The notes under the pieces: model-generated
Database searches by the model: none
The model's input: only the letters and a program-made list of their open reading frames with translations
Told to the model about the DNA's origin: nothing
Program-made: the position numbers and the translations under genes
Shown here: in pieces, positions 8,998 to 18,857 of the stretch
Position numbering within the stretch: the stretch's first letter is position 1
Layout of the letters: each line of letters opens with the position of its first letter
Origin: Candidatus Parcubacteria bacterium
GTDB taxonomy: Bacteria > Patescibacteriota > Minisyncoccia > UBA9983
Assembly: GCA_003599625.1 (NCBI GenBank)
Contig: QZIU01000009.1
Span: forward strand, 1-52,762
Direction of reading: 5' to 3'
Length of the DNA: 52,762 bases

Positions 8998-9600
8998 TCA
9001 TCTTAAACCCTTTATCAATCCAACCAATTCCGGAAAAGTCTCCTGATTAAAATGACCTCTGTCTTCGAAAATGATCAGCTCGGCTGTCGGAAAAGATTTT
9101 TGATATTTTGCCGATTCGCTGAAAGGCACAATCGGATCATCTTTGCTGTGAATTAAGAAAATTTTCTCGGCTTGCCTCGCGCAATTATCGATTGATGAAG
9201 GCAACCCGAAATCGCCGAGAGTTTCATGCTCCGCCTGATCAAACGGCGCCGAAACAAGAATTAAGGCTTTTAATTTTTTCGGCAGAGATATTTCCGACAG
9301 ACATTTCGCCAGAAAAATGCCTCCCAAGGATTGCCCCATCAGAACGGCTCCTTCCTCAATAAAAGGACTCATTTTGGCAAACCAAATTTTCCATTCCTCA
9401 TACCGCGCGTTTGCCGAGTTTGGCATTCGGGGATTGAGGATCTCAAAATCATTTCCCAATTCCTTTGCCAAAGAATTTTTCCAGCCGCCGCCCGTTTTGA
9501 AATCATCTATTTCGACATCTTTGTTTTTCAGAAAGGACATGTAATATTCATATCTGTCGAAGGTCATTCCGCCGTGTATTACGATAACTTGTTTCTTCAT
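8998..9600 (-). CDS. Alpha/beta hydrolase (RBBP9/YdeN-like)
   Basis: Start reset to ATG 9600 (MKKQVIVIHGG). GQSLGG nucleophile elbow, HSKDD, GHF. TATAAT at 9607-9612. Confidence 0.85.
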   Translation of the reverse strand: MKKQVIVIHGGMTFDRYEYYMSFLKNKDVEIDDFKTGGGWKNSLAKELGNDFEILNPRMPNSANARYEEWKIWFAKMSPFIEEGAVLMGQSLGGIFLAKCLSEISLPKKLKALILVSAPFDQAEHETLGDFGLPSSIDNCARQAEKIFLIHSKDDPIVPFSESAKYQKSFPTAELIIFEDRGHFNQETFPELVGLIKGLR

Positions 9601-9638
9601 AATTTCATTATACACGGATTTGCGGAAGGAATAATAGC

Positions 9639-10445
9639 TTATTGAAGGGGTTGCCGAGCCCTGAATAGATAAGCGGCGATCGGTATTGAAATTGCGATCA
9701 AGCCGATAGACCAAATGATGGCCAGCCAACCGTGACTGCCTATGGGCGTTCCGATCATCAGCGCTCTTATCGATTCGATGACATGAGTGACCGGCTGGTT
9801 TTGAGCGAACACTTGAAGCCATCCGGGCATGGTTTCCGTAGGCACGAAAGCGGCGCTGGCAAAGGTCAAAGGAAATACCACGAAAAAAGTCATCCACTGC
9901 ACCGCTTCCACGCTGCCCGCCAAAAGCCCCATGATCGCGGATACCCAGGAGAAAGCCAGCGTAAACAGAATCAATATCCCCAATATGTACAGCCATTCTA
10001 ACAATGAGGCCGAGGGACGGAAGCCCATGAAGATCGCGACAACAATCAAAACCCCCGACGAGATTATATTGCGGACCAGATCCGCCGTGACATGTCCGGT
10101 CATAACCGCCGAACTTGTCATGGGCAGAGATTTGAAACGATCAATTATGCCGCGCCTTAAGTCGGCTGCAATGCTTAGGGCGGTGGTCGTCGCGCCAAAA
10201 GCCGACATCTGCACCAAAATCCCGGCCACCAAAAAATTTATGTAATTTATTCCTCCCGTGTTTATTGCTCCGCCGAATACATAGCCGAAAAGAAGCATGA
10301 ACATCACCGGCTGAATGGTAAGCCCCAGCAGTTGATCCATGTTCTTGAAGATATGTTTAAGACTGCGGACGACAAGCACTCCCGTGTCGCTCGTCGCATG
10401 GTAAATAGAGGAATGTTTTTGATATGGGTTAACGGTTTGTTTCAT
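9639..10445 (-). CDS. ABC-2 type exporter permease (DrrB-like)
   Basis: About 6 hydrophobic segments, RFKSLPM, NQPVTHVIESIRAL; directly downstream of the ABC ATPase. Confidence 0.9.
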   Translation of the reverse strand: MKQTVNPYQKHSSIYHATSDTGVLVVRSLKHIFKNMDQLLGLTIQPVMFMLLFGYVFGGAINTGGINYINFLVAGILVQMSAFGATTTALSIAADLRRGIIDRFKSLPMTSSAVMTGHVTADLVRNIISSGVLIVVAIFMGFRPSASLLEWLYILGILILFTLAFSWVSAIMGLLAGSVEAVQWMTFFVVFPLTFASAAFVPTETMPGWLQVFAQNQPVTHVIESIRALMIGTPIGSHGWLAIIWSIGLIAISIPIAAYLFRARQPLQ

Positions 10446-10446
10446 A

Positions 10447-11412
10447 TTATTTATTTTTTTCTTCTCCTTTCATGCTCGCTTCGCGCCCCGTCAGGCGGAG
10501 AAATACGTCATCCAGCGTCGGCTTATGCACGGACATCGTGTCTATTTCAATCTTGGCATCGTGCAGCGCGTCCAAAATTTGCTTGACGGCAAAAACGCTT
10601 CCGTTGGTGGATACATCGATACTCCGCTCTTCCCTGTCGCTTTTCATTCCGTCTCTTTCCATAATTTTGACCGCCCGGTCAAAGTCTTCCGGCCGCTCAA
10701 TGACCACCTCGACCCGTTCCGTTCCGACATCGGCTTTAAGCTCGGAGGCGGTTCCCTCGGCGATGATCTTGCCCTTATCCAAAACGGCGATCCGATCCGC
10801 GAGTCTGTCGGCCTCCTCAAGATACTGAGTGGTGAGGAGGATCGTAACGCCCTCCTCAAGCAGCTTTTCAATTATTGACCACATGGCAAGACGGCTGCGC
10901 GGATCCAGTCCCAGTGTCGGCTCGTCGAGAAAAATAACGGGCGGGCTGGCGATCAGGCTCGCCGCCAGATCAAGGCGCCTACGCATGCCGCCGGAATAAG
11001 TCTTTACCGATCGGTCCGCCGCTTCCGTCAGGTCAAACTGATAAAGCAACTCATCGGCTCTTTTTTTGCTTTCTTCCTTGGCCAAGTGATAAAGACGACC
11101 CATCATGACGAGATTCTCTCTCCCGCTCAGAAGCTCATCCACCGCGGTGTATTGACCCGTAAGCCCTATGAAACTTCTCACTTTTTTCGGTTCTCTCCGA
11201 ACATCAAAACCGTTGACCAATACTTCCCCGCCGTCAGGCTTAAGCAGAGTGCTCAAGATCCTGACTATCGTGGTTTTACCGGCCCCATTCGGGCCAAGAA
11301 GCGCGAGCATCGTCCCCCGCTTCACGCTAAGATCTATGCCGTCAAGCACCTTCAATTTTTTGAAGGATTTAATGAGCTTTTTTATTACAATTGCGTCATT
11401 TCCGTCTGTCAT
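10447..11412 (-). CDS. ABC-2 exporter ATP-binding subunit (DrrA-like)
   Basis: GPNGAGKTT, YSGGMRRRLD, FLDEPT, C-terminal PTLDDVFL. ATG at 11412 preferred. Confidence 0.93.
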   Translation of the reverse strand: MTDGNDAIVIKKLIKSFKKLKVLDGIDLSVKRGTMLALLGPNGAGKTTIVRILSTLLKPDGGEVLVNGFDVRREPKKVRSFIGLTGQYTAVDELLSGRENLVMMGRLYHLAKEESKKRADELLYQFDLTEAADRSVKTYSGGMRRRLDLAASLIASPPVIFLDEPTLGLDPRSRLAMWSIIEKLLEEGVTILLTTQYLEEADRLADRIAVLDKGKIIAEGTASELKADVGTERVEVVIERPEDFDRAVKIMERDGMKSDREERSIDVSTNGSVFAVKQILDALHDAKIEIDTMSVHKPTLDDVFLRLTGREASMKGEEKNK

Positions 11413-11527
11413 GGCACTAAGAATATAACCACTCAAAACAAAAAAACCACTTTCTTAAAAAATACAAACAAAGACAAAATTGCTGCGGGTCGCCGGAGAG
11501 GCGACTATAATGCGCTTGAATCCCAAC

Positions 11528-11650
11528 CTGCCGGACTTGGACTCGATTTTCTTATGGAAAATCCCGGGGTTTCGCGGTTCCGTTTAGGAAAACAGAAACA
11601 TCTCTCAACCCTTCTCGTCCAACGAAAGCAGTTTGCTTTCTGTCCGGCAG
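11528..11650 (-). other. Structured element closed by a copy of the tRNA-Gln acceptor stem (duplicated tRNA 3' end)
   Basis: ctgccggacttggactcga is identical at 11528-11546 and 11669-11687; gtccggcag at 11642-11650 is the inverted copy; several internal hairpins. Confidence 0.75.
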
Positions 11651-11668
11651 TTTTCACTCCGCTTCAAA

Positions 11669-11739
11669 CTGCCGGACTTGGACTCGAACCAAGATACTCG
11701 CCTTCAAAGGGCGATGTCCTACCATTAGACGATCCGGCA
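11669..11739 (-). tRNA. tRNA-Gln(UUG), CCA not encoded
   Basis: Cloverleaf: TGCCGGA/TCCGGCA+G73, D-arm GTCT-AATGGT-AGGAC, anticodon arm TCGCC-CTTTGAA-GGCGA, T-arm CTTGG-TTCGAGT-CCAAG. Confidence 0.96.
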
Positions 11740-11796
11740 AAATTAACAAAAGTAGTCTACCACACCTTTTATCCATCCCGCAATCTTTCTTTTTCC

Positions 11797-11838
11797 GACT
11801 GTTACCTATTTTTGCTATAGCCTCGGATAGGTAACACT
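11797..11838. repeat. Tripartite palindrome, GCTATAGC family (copy 1)
   Basis: tgttacctat (11800-11809)/ataggtaaca (11827-11836) around central gctatagc. Confidence 0.8.
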
Positions 11839-11854
11839 AATAAAGGATCATTAA

Positions 11855-11885
11855 AAAAGGAAGCCGACTTGCATGGCTTCCTTTT
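11855..11885 (-). terminator. Intrinsic (bidirectional-type) terminator
   Basis: aaaaggaagcc/ggcttcctttt 11-bp stem, 21 nt downstream of the ABC exporter stop. Confidence 0.7.
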
Positions 11886-11906
11886 GAAATTTAAACATAT
11901 CTAAGC

Positions 11907-13709
11907 TTAAAAAACATGAACCTGGCTGTGAACGAGGTTCTGATACTCAAAACAAGATTTCATCAGTTCGGCATGCTTCCCTTCGCCAACGATCTTTCCT
12001 CCATTAACGACGAAAATTTTATCAGCATCCTTAATCGTAGATAACCGGTGGGCGATGATTATCGTCGTCCTTTCTTTCGCGACCTCCTTCATCGCTTGTT
12101 GAATGATGGCATCGTTCTGGGCGTCCAGATCGGATGTCGCTTCATCCAGAATCAGGATACTAGGATCTTTGATCAGCGCTCTGGCAATGCCTACTCTTTT
12201 ACACTGCCCGCCGGACAACTTTACCCCTCGTTCACCTATTATGGTATCGAAGCCATTTTCCAGGCGATGATAAAACTCGCTTACCCTCGACAGTCTTGAA
12301 ACTTTATCAAGCATCTCGTCGCTGACCAGCTCCGATTTTCCATTGAGAGGAAAGGTGATATTGTAACGCAAGGTATTGTCAAACAATAAAATTTGCTGTT
12401 CCACGATACCGACAGAATTTCTAAAATCCCGAAGGTCGAGCAATCTCAGGTCATGGCCGTCGATCAATATCTGGCCCGCGGTCGGATCATAAGCTCTCAT
12501 CAAGAGTTTGATTATGGTAGATTTACCAGATCCGGAATGTCCCACGAAGGCGGCCTTTTGCCCCGCTCTGATGATAAAATTGGCATTACTCAAAGCCTCA
12601 TGTCTTCCTTCGAAAAGTTTTGTCTCTTTTTTATTTTTTTCTTCAATGTAGTTTCTTTTGGGATAAACAAAAGAAACATTCTTGAACTCTATTTGGCCAA
12701 GATATTTCCCGGGTTTGACAGGGTTGGAAACGATTCGCACATCCGGCTCCACATCCATCATAACGAAGTAATTTTTTACGGAAGCATAGGCCGTCATCAA
12801 AATTCTTTGGATAGTTCCTATGGAAGTCATTTTACCCAACGCGCTGCTCGACCAGCTGAAAAATATCAGAAGATCTCCGGCGCTACATGAACCGTTTGAA
12901 TAGCAAACGGCTCCTGTGGCAATAACGGCAAATTTAGTCAGCCCGATGATCATGTCACGACAAGAGGAATACAGAGTGTACTTGCTCCATAACTTTTTTG
13001 AGAGGTTATTTACCGTGAATGAATCCTCGCGGTATTCGGAAATAACTCGCTCTTCCTGACTATTTAACTTCACGGTTTCGATATTCCTTAGGATCTCGGA
13101 ACGAATTTTATTATTATCGATTTCTTTTTCTTCGATTTGCCCAGCCTCTTCCTTAAATTTGCAGTTTATGTAGATATTGGCCGCAAGGTGCGCGATCATG
13201 CCAGCCAAAACCACAAAACCAAGCTTGAGGTTGATGAAAAATAAAGCCGCGGAGAAGAGAATGACTTGGATCACCACGGGAAATACTTCATACAATAAGG
13301 TATTGGTTATGGTGGCCACGGAATGTTCGCCCCTTGTTATCACATCCTGTTTGACTCCGGAGTTTTGATTTATATCCTGTCCGACAGAAAAAGTCATTAC
13401 CTTGTCTAAAGTTTTCTCGGATATATACTGGTGAGCGTCGATCCTCAGCTTGTTGATGTTGTACCAATAAAAATATCTGTCCACCACCATTGTCTGAAGA
13501 GTATAAACACCCAATGACAATACTGCCACAAGCATTATGTCCTTTGCCGATTTTCCAGCAACGAGAGCATCAAGAATTTTGCCGTAAATATATGGCGCAA
13601 TCAAATTTAGCGCTTGGCCCAAAAGAGTCAGCAATAACAGGATCGTTATCGCTTTCCAAAAGTTTCTGTAAAACTCGACAAATTTTCCGGCAAACTGTTT
13701 AAACTTCAA
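11907..13709 (-). CDS. ABC exporter, fused permease + ATPase (MsbA-like)
   Basis: N-terminal TM domain, GHSGSGKST, LSGGQCKR, LDEATS. TTG start with AAAGGAGG. Confidence 0.92.
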   Translation of the reverse strand: MKFKQFAGKFVEFYRNFWKAITILLLLTLLGQALNLIAPYIYGKILDALVAGKSAKDIMLVAVLSLGVYTLQTMVVDRYFYWYNINKLRIDAHQYISEKTLDKVMTFSVGQDINQNSGVKQDVITRGEHSVATITNTLLYEVFPVVIQVILFSAALFFINLKLGFVVLAGMIAHLAANIYINCKFKEEAGQIEEKEIDNNKIRSEILRNIETVKLNSQEERVISEYREDSFTVNNLSKKLWSKYTLYSSCRDMIIGLTKFAVIATGAVCYSNGSCSAGDLLIFFSWSSSALGKMTSIGTIQRILMTAYASVKNYFVMMDVEPDVRIVSNPVKPGKYLGQIEFKNVSFVYPKRNYIEEKNKKETKLFEGRHEALSNANFIIRAGQKAAFVGHSGSGKSTIIKLLMRAYDPTAGQILIDGHDLRLLDLRDFRNSVGIVEQQILLFDNTLRYNITFPLNGKSELVSDEMLDKVSRLSRVSEFYHRLENGFDTIIGERGVKLSGGQCKRVGIARALIKDPSILILDEATSDLDAQNDAIIQQAMKEVAKERTTIIIAHRLSTIKDADKIFVVNGGKIVGEGKHAELMKSCFEYQNLVHSQVHVF

Positions 13710-13798
13710 ATTCCGCCTCCTTTTTTAAGTTTTTAGATATAAAATTCTTAAAGAACAAGAAAAATACATATTACCACATTCCTGAACTTAGTAAATAG

Positions 13799-14872
13799 CT
13801 ACTGGAATTGGGTGATGCGGATGCCGAGGAGGCGGATCAGTTTCTTTTTGGGATTCTTGCGGCTGTCGAGATATGGCATCAAAAGTTTTAGCGCTTCTTT
13901 TTTGAGAACTCCCTGAGAGTTTGCAGGTTCTTTCATCGTGTGGGCAGATGTCTTGGTTTCAAAATCGGAAAAACGGACAGTGATGCCAACGGTTTTAAAG
14001 CTTTTAAATTCGCTTCTTTTGAATCTTTCAAAAACTCTTTCGGCGGCTTTGGCCAGCCGCTCGAAAAGAAAATTACTCTCTAAGGTATCCTTCATGAAAG
14101 TTTCCTGCTCGCCTATGGATTTGGCCTCATATTCCGTCACCAGTTCCGTTTCCCCGATTCCGCGGGCTTTGTAATACAAATCGATTCCCCATTTGCCCAA
14201 TATCTCCTCGAGTTGATCTTTGGAAAATTTCTTGATGTCTTTTATTTTTTCTATCCCTTTTCCCTTGAGCAAGATCTCCGTCTTGGGACCAACGCCGGGC
14301 AAAGCCCTTGCCGGCATTTCCGCCAAAAAATCTTCGGCGTCTTTTTCTTCCACAATGGTAAGTCCGTCCGGCTTTTGGAATCCGGAGGCGATCTTGGCGA
14401 TAAGCTTATTGGGTCCGATTCCCACCGAAGCGGTGAGATTTTCTTTTTCGCGAATTTCCGCTTTTATCTTCTGGCAAACTTCTTTGGCTTTTTCGTAAGA
14501 ACCGGCATGAGAAAGATCAAAGTAGGCTTCGTCAATACTCGCCTCTTCCACGATTGGAGAATGCTTCCCGACTATTTCCATTATTTTCCTTGAAACGGCC
14601 CCGTACTTCGCGAAATCAACCTCGAGAAATATGACACCGGGCTTGCCTTCCTTCTTGGCTTTTTCCGAAAGCTTCCAGGCCTTGCTTATTGGCGTGGCGG
14701 AAAATATGCCATACTTTCTGGCCGCGTAATTTGCCGTTGATACGACTCCCCTCCCAGTGCCTCCCGCCGGATCGGAACCTACAACTATGGGCATCCCTTT
14801 AATACCCGGCCTATCACGTTCCTCAACGGCCGCAAAAAAAGCATCCATATCTATGTGCGCGATTATCTTCAT
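13799..14872 (-). CDS. dinB: DNA polymerase IV (Y family)
   Basis: HIDMDAFFAAVE, STANYAAR, SIDEAYFD, KIASGFQKPDG; little-finger domain ending IRLLGI. Confidence 0.95.
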   Translation of the reverse strand: MKIIAHIDMDAFFAAVEERDRPGIKGMPIVVGSDPAGGTGRGVVSTANYAARKYGIFSATPISKAWKLSEKAKKEGKPGVIFLEVDFAKYGAVSRKIMEIVGKHSPIVEEASIDEAYFDLSHAGSYEKAKEVCQKIKAEIREKENLTASVGIGPNKLIAKIASGFQKPDGLTIVEEKDAEDFLAEMPARALPGVGPKTEILLKGKGIEKIKDIKKFSKDQLEEILGKWGIDLYYKARGIGETELVTEYEAKSIGEQETFMKDTLESNFLFERLAKAAERVFERFKRSEFKSFKTVGITVRFSDFETKTSAHTMKEPANSQGVLKKEALKLLMPYLDSRKNPKKKLIRLLGIRITQFQ

Positions 14873-14908
14873 GTCCCTGAAACACCACGATGTTAACCTC
14901 GCGGTGTT

Positions 14909-16591
14909 TTATTCGCGGCGTTCAAGTCCCGCGTACTCCGGCTTATTAATCTTCAGCCAGTCGAAAAATTGCTTCATGACATACGGGGCGCCGGTTGTGT
15001 TTCCGGCATGACCCTTCTCAAGCACGATAGCGAAGGCGTATTTCGGATCTTCGTAGGGATAAAAGCCGACGAGCCAAGAATGAATGAAGTCCTTCTTTCC
15101 TCCGACTTCCGCCGTCCCGGTCTTCGCCGCGATCCTAAGGTCGGGATAACTCAAGCCTTGGGCCGTCCCCTCCGTCACCGTCATTCTCATTCCTTCTTTC
15201 ACGATTTTGAAGTGTTCTTTTGACACGTCGAGCGCGTCATTTCCAACAGGCAACCGATCATTTTCCGCAAGATGAGGCGTTACTGTTTTTCCATCGTTGA
15301 CCAAAGCCGCCACATAAGCGGCTATCTCTATCGGCGTGGAAAGAAAATATCCCTGGCCGATGCTGGAAATGTAAGTGTCGCCGACTCTCCATATCGGGTC
15401 GTCGGGATTGTTTCGCGCTTTGACCTCCGGACTTGGAACCACTCCTTTGGCTTCGCCGGGAATGTCTATGCCCGTTTTCTCTCCAAGGCCGAACTTCTTC
15501 GCATATTCGTGGATTTTATTTATCCCCAGGCCTTTCAGGTCTTCGAACCCTCCGCCCACCTCATAAAAATAAACATCGGAGGAAAGGGCTATGGCCTTCT
15601 TCATGTTCACCCAGCCATGCGCTTTCCAATCCTTGAAGACGGTTTTCTTGTCCGGAAAAAACGGGTTTGGCAATGAAATGCTTCCCGAACTGTAGATCTG
15701 TTTGTCGGGCGAGACCACTCCTTCTGCCAAAGCGGCCAACGCGACAAAAGGCTTTATAACGGAACCGGGCGCGTAGAGACCGGAGATCGCCCTGTTTATG
15801 AAGGGCTTCTGCGGATCACTTATAAAACCTTTGATTTTGTCCGCCGGTCCTCCTTTGGAAAGAACATTGGAATTGTATTCGGGGAAATTGGCCATGGCAA
15901 GAATCCCGCCATCCTTTACATCAAGAATGACAGCCGCCCCCCCTTGGAAACCGCGGTCTTTGATGACAGCGGACATGTATTTGTAAAGCTGGGATTGCGT
16001 CTCCGCGTCTATCGTGAGGATCAGGTTTTTCCCGCTTGTCGGACTTGTTTGCGCGTTTTCCGATATGATATTGCCGAAGGAATCTTTTTCGATCAATTTT
16101 ACTCCGTCCATTCCGCGCAAAAGATCATTGTAACTTTCCTCGATGCCTTCTTTGCCGATCATCTCGTCGGTGAAGAGATGGCTGTTTTTATCCATCTCTT
16201 CTTTAGAAGCCAGACCGGTATAACCGAGAACGTGACTTAACCCCGGCATATCGGCATAACTTCGACCATCCTCAGAATTCCAGGCAAGGATGACTCCGTT
16301 CCGGTCGTATATAACTCCCCTTAGCGGGGCGATCCTTTCTTTTTTCAAGGTATTTCTTTCGCTTCTTTGAGCGAATTTCTCTCCCCCCGCCACCTGGAGC
16401 AGGAAGATTCGTCCAAGAAAAAACAATGTGATAAGACCAATCGCTCCCGATACGTATATATAAGTGGCTTTGCCAATCGGCTTTTCGAGGCGCCCTTCGA
16501 ACTGACTTTTGTCAAAGCCGGAAACATTGCTTGAATCCAGAAATATTTCATCCGGATCGATCTGGAATCTTTTTCGTTTTCGCCAAAACAT
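14909..16591 (-). CDS. mrdA: Penicillin-binding protein 2
   Basis: SxxK (SVIK), SxD (SSD), KTG motifs; N-terminal TM; follows mreBC. Start reset to ATG 16591 (MFWRKRK). Confidence 0.9.
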   Translation of the reverse strand: MFWRKRKRFQIDPDEIFLDSSNVSGFDKSQFEGRLEKPIGKATYIYVSGAIGLITLFFLGRIFLLQVAGGEKFAQRSERNTLKKERIAPLRGVIYDRNGVILAWNSEDGRSYADMPGLSHVLGYTGLASKEEMDKNSHLFTDEMIGKEGIEESYNDLLRGMDGVKLIEKDSFGNIISENAQTSPTSGKNLILTIDAETQSQLYKYMSAVIKDRGFQGGAAVILDVKDGGILAMANFPEYNSNVLSKGGPADKIKGFISDPQKPFINRAISGLYAPGSVIKPFVALAALAEGVVSPDKQIYSSGSISLPNPFFPDKKTVFKDWKAHGWVNMKKAIALSSDVYFYEVGGGFEDLKGLGINKIHEYAKKFGLGEKTGIDIPGEAKGVVPSPEVKARNNPDDPIWRVGDTYISSIGQGYFLSTPIEIAAYVAALVNDGKTVTPHLAENDRLPVGNDALDVSKEHFKIVKEGMRMTVTEGTAQGLSYPDLRIAAKTGTAEVGGKKDFIHSWLVGFYPYEDPKYAFAIVLEKGHAGNTTGAPYVMKQFFDWLKINKPEYAGLERRE

Positions 16592-16614
16592 TACTTTATT
16601 GTATAAAACGTTCT

Positions 16615-16878
16615 TTACCTTCCCGGAATAAAAATCTTGTCTCTCAAAATTTGGGATAAGAAAACCAAAATCAATGCCGATCCGGAAAATAGACCGAAGG
16701 CAAACGGGAAATTTTGTCCGGGCAAAGAGTAGAGAGAATCGATCGCCAGACCCGCGACAGATCCTTCCCAATAACTTCGGAAAAAGATTATAAAAAGAAA
16801 CATCAAAGAAGCGGTCACGTACCATGGCCCCGCGAAAAGAGAAACTATTAAGATGATATCGGCAATGATGCGTTTCAT
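16615..16878 (-). CDS. Small membrane protein in the mreD position (MreD-like)
   Basis: 87-aa hydrophobic ORF between mreC and mrdA; start reset to ATG 16878. Assignment is positional only. Confidence 0.45.
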   Translation of the reverse strand: MKRIIADIILIVSLFAGPWYVTASLMFLFIIFFRSYWEGSVAGLAIDSLYSLPGQNFPFAFGLFSGSALILVFLSQILRDKIFIPGR

Positions 16879-16909
16879 GAAATATGCGACGAGTAACCCG
16901 CTACTATTT

Positions 16910-17698
16910 CTATTGCTTTTCCACAAACACCTTCTGCAATTCGTTCAGGTTGACCGGCAAGTGGAACAAGATCTTTTGAAACGGACTAAGGGGATCTTTT
17001 TCGATTTTATCTATATTTCCAACAAGAATTGGTTCGCCCCCTTCGGTCAAAATTTTATCGTCCTGCTTCACTTCCACCGAGCCGGGTATCTTTATCTCGA
17101 TATTCCCCCCGCCAAGCCCTGTTCCGATGGCGTTGATTTTCGCGCCGCCGACTATCACATTAGTCTCTTCCCCGGAAAAAGAAACCAGCCTGACCTTACT
17201 GGACCGCGGGAAAACTTCCGCGATATGCCCAATGAGCGCTTCCGACGCGATAACCCTCATTCCGACGATTGCCCCGCTTTCCGAACCTGCGTCGATAATG
17301 ATCATATCATAAGGAGATTTAGGCGGCTTTGAGAGAATGTAGGAAAGGACATAATCTTTCTTGCCCATTCTCCCAAGCGAGGCTTTTAACTCCTCGCTTT
17401 CAGTCTTTATCAGCTCAAAAACGGACAGTTTGTTTTTCAATTCTTCGTTCTCCCTCCTTAACGTTTCGTTTTCTGCCGTCAGAAGACGCTTGTTCTTAAA
17501 AATACTGAGAAAGCCGTCCTTTTTCTCTTCCCCGCCGTCTCCGATTTTAAGAAAAGGAATTGAGAAAAAACCTGCCGTTCTTTTTGTCATTCTGCCGACG
17601 GCGGGATTCGTGGCAGCCAATATCAAAAAAACGGCAAAAGCCAGAAGCCACACCTTTTTACCTTTTTTTGTTTCTCTACCTTGGAGGTATGTCTTCAT
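16910..17698 (-). CDS. mreC: Rod shape-determining protein MreC
   Basis: N-terminal TM, coiled coil, IIIDAGSESG, beta domain; immediately after mreB. Confidence 0.9.
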   Translation of the reverse strand: MKTYLQGRETKKGKKVWLLAFAVFLILAATNPAVGRMTKRTAGFFSIPFLKIGDGGEEKKDGFLSIFKNKRLLTAENETLRRENEELKNKLSVFELIKTESEELKASLGRMGKKDYVLSYILSKPPKSPYDMIIIDAGSESGAIVGMRVIASEALIGHIAEVFPRSSKVRLVSFSGEETNVIVGGAKINAIGTGLGGGNIEIKIPGSVEVKQDDKILTEGGEPILVGNIDKIEKDPLSPFQKILFHLPVNLNELQKVFVEKQ

Positions 17699-18728
17699 CG
17701 TTTTGAACTAGGATATCGCGCATCGCGTCTAAATTTTCCAAAATTATTCCGGTGCCGCGAACAACGGCCGTCAATGGGTCATCTGCGACGAAAACCGGTA
17801 TCTTGAGTTCGCTCTCGAAGGCTTGGGCCAGCCCCTTCAATAAAGCGCCGCCTCCGGCCATCACTATTCCCCGATGCATTATGTCGGAGACAAGCTCGGG
17901 CGGCGTCTCTTCTATCACTTCCTTGGTGGCGGCAATAAGCCCGTTAATCGATTTCATTATAGCCTCCCGAATGTCTACGTCCGTTACTATCACTTCCCGG
18001 GGCAAGCCGGTCACCATATCCCTTCCCCTGATAGCCATCTCGAGACCCTCGCCGTCTTTTATCACCGAACCGATGGCTATCTTCGCTTCCTCAGCGGTCT
18101 TCTCTCCCAAAAGCAGCTTGAATTCATCTTTGGCATATTGAATGATATCTTGATTTAATTTATCACCCGCTATCTTTAGATTCTTGCCGGACACGATGCC
18201 GTCCAAAGAGATCACGGCGATGTCCGAAGTCCCCCCGCCTATGTCTATAATCATATTGCCTACCGGCTCATGAACAGGCAATCTTATGCCGATAGCCGCC
18301 GCCATGGGCTCCTCAACTATACAGACCTCTCCGGCGCCGGAATTTTTGGCCGCGTCTCTGACGGCCCGAGTCTCCACATTGGTGATCATTGAGGGAACTC
18401 CGATAACGATGGTCGGTCCGGAGAAGTAAGAAAATCTGCCGCTTATCACTCTTTTGATGAAATAAGCCAGCATCTCCTGCGCCACTTCGAAGTCCGAAAT
18501 CACCCCTTCCACAAGCGGCCTTACCGCCCTAATGTGACCGGGCGTCCTGCCAAGCATCTTCTTGGCCTCGCCGCCAATGGCTACCACTTGGCCCGTCTTC
18601 TCATTCACCGCGACAACGGACGGCTCATTGATCACCACGCCCTTGCCCTTCACATAAACAAGAGTGTTGGCGGTGCCAAGATCGATACCGATGCTATTTG
18701 AGAACATTTTTCTGAATTTTCTTAGCAT
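17676..18728 (-). CDS. mreB: Rod shape-determining protein MreB
   Basis: IGIDLGTANT, EPSVVA, EEPMAAAIG, DIGGGT, AGGGALL. Confidence 0.97.
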   Translation of the reverse strand: MLRKFRKMFSNSIGIDLGTANTLVYVKGKGVVINEPSVVAVNEKTGQVVAIGGEAKKMLGRTPGHIRAVRPLVEGVISDFEVAQEMLAYFIKRVISGRFSYFSGPTIVIGVPSMITNVETRAVRDAAKNSGAGEVCIVEEPMAAAIGIRLPVHEPVGNMIIDIGGGTSDIAVISLDGIVSGKNLKIAGDKLNQDIIQYAKDEFKLLLGEKTAEEAKIAIGSVIKDGEGLEMAIRGRDMVTGLPREVIVTDVDIREAIMKSINGLIAATKEVIEETPPELVSDIMHRGIVMAGGGALLKGLAQAFESELKIPVFVADDPLTAVVRGTGIILENLDAMRDILVQNDEDIPPR

Positions 18729-18772
18729 TTTTTTGAATGGATCGTTTCAATATCTAGTCGCTATAGTAATTA

Positions 18773-18851
18773 AATTTTCAATTTCTAATTTTTATTAAAT
18801 TTCTAATTAGATAATTTTCAAACATCGAAAATTTAATAGAAATTGAAAATT
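18773..18851. repeat. AT-rich heptamer-like inverted repeat
   Basis: aattttcaatttcta (18773-18787)/tagaaattgaaaatt (18837-18851), perfect 15 bp. Confidence 0.75.
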
Positions 18852-18857
18852 AAGAAA

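Noticed and set aside
9601-9996. 132-aa N-terminal extension of the hydrolase ORF (8998..9996)
   Set aside because: It overlaps the ABC permease in another frame; homology starts at MKKQV (9600), which has its own TATAAT.
11528-11650. SRP RNA, tmRNA, 6S RNA or a second true tRNA
   Set aside because: No SRP domain IV motif, no tag ORF or Ala identity elements, and no canonical D, anticodon or T loops. Rfam was not run.
16592-16825. N-terminal extension of PBP2 (ORF to 16825)
   Set aside because: It overlaps the mreD-position gene; ATG 16591 with an upstream TACAAT is more plausible.
18758-18768. gctatagt upstream of mreB as another palindrome-family copy
   Set aside because: The flanking inverted arms are absent.
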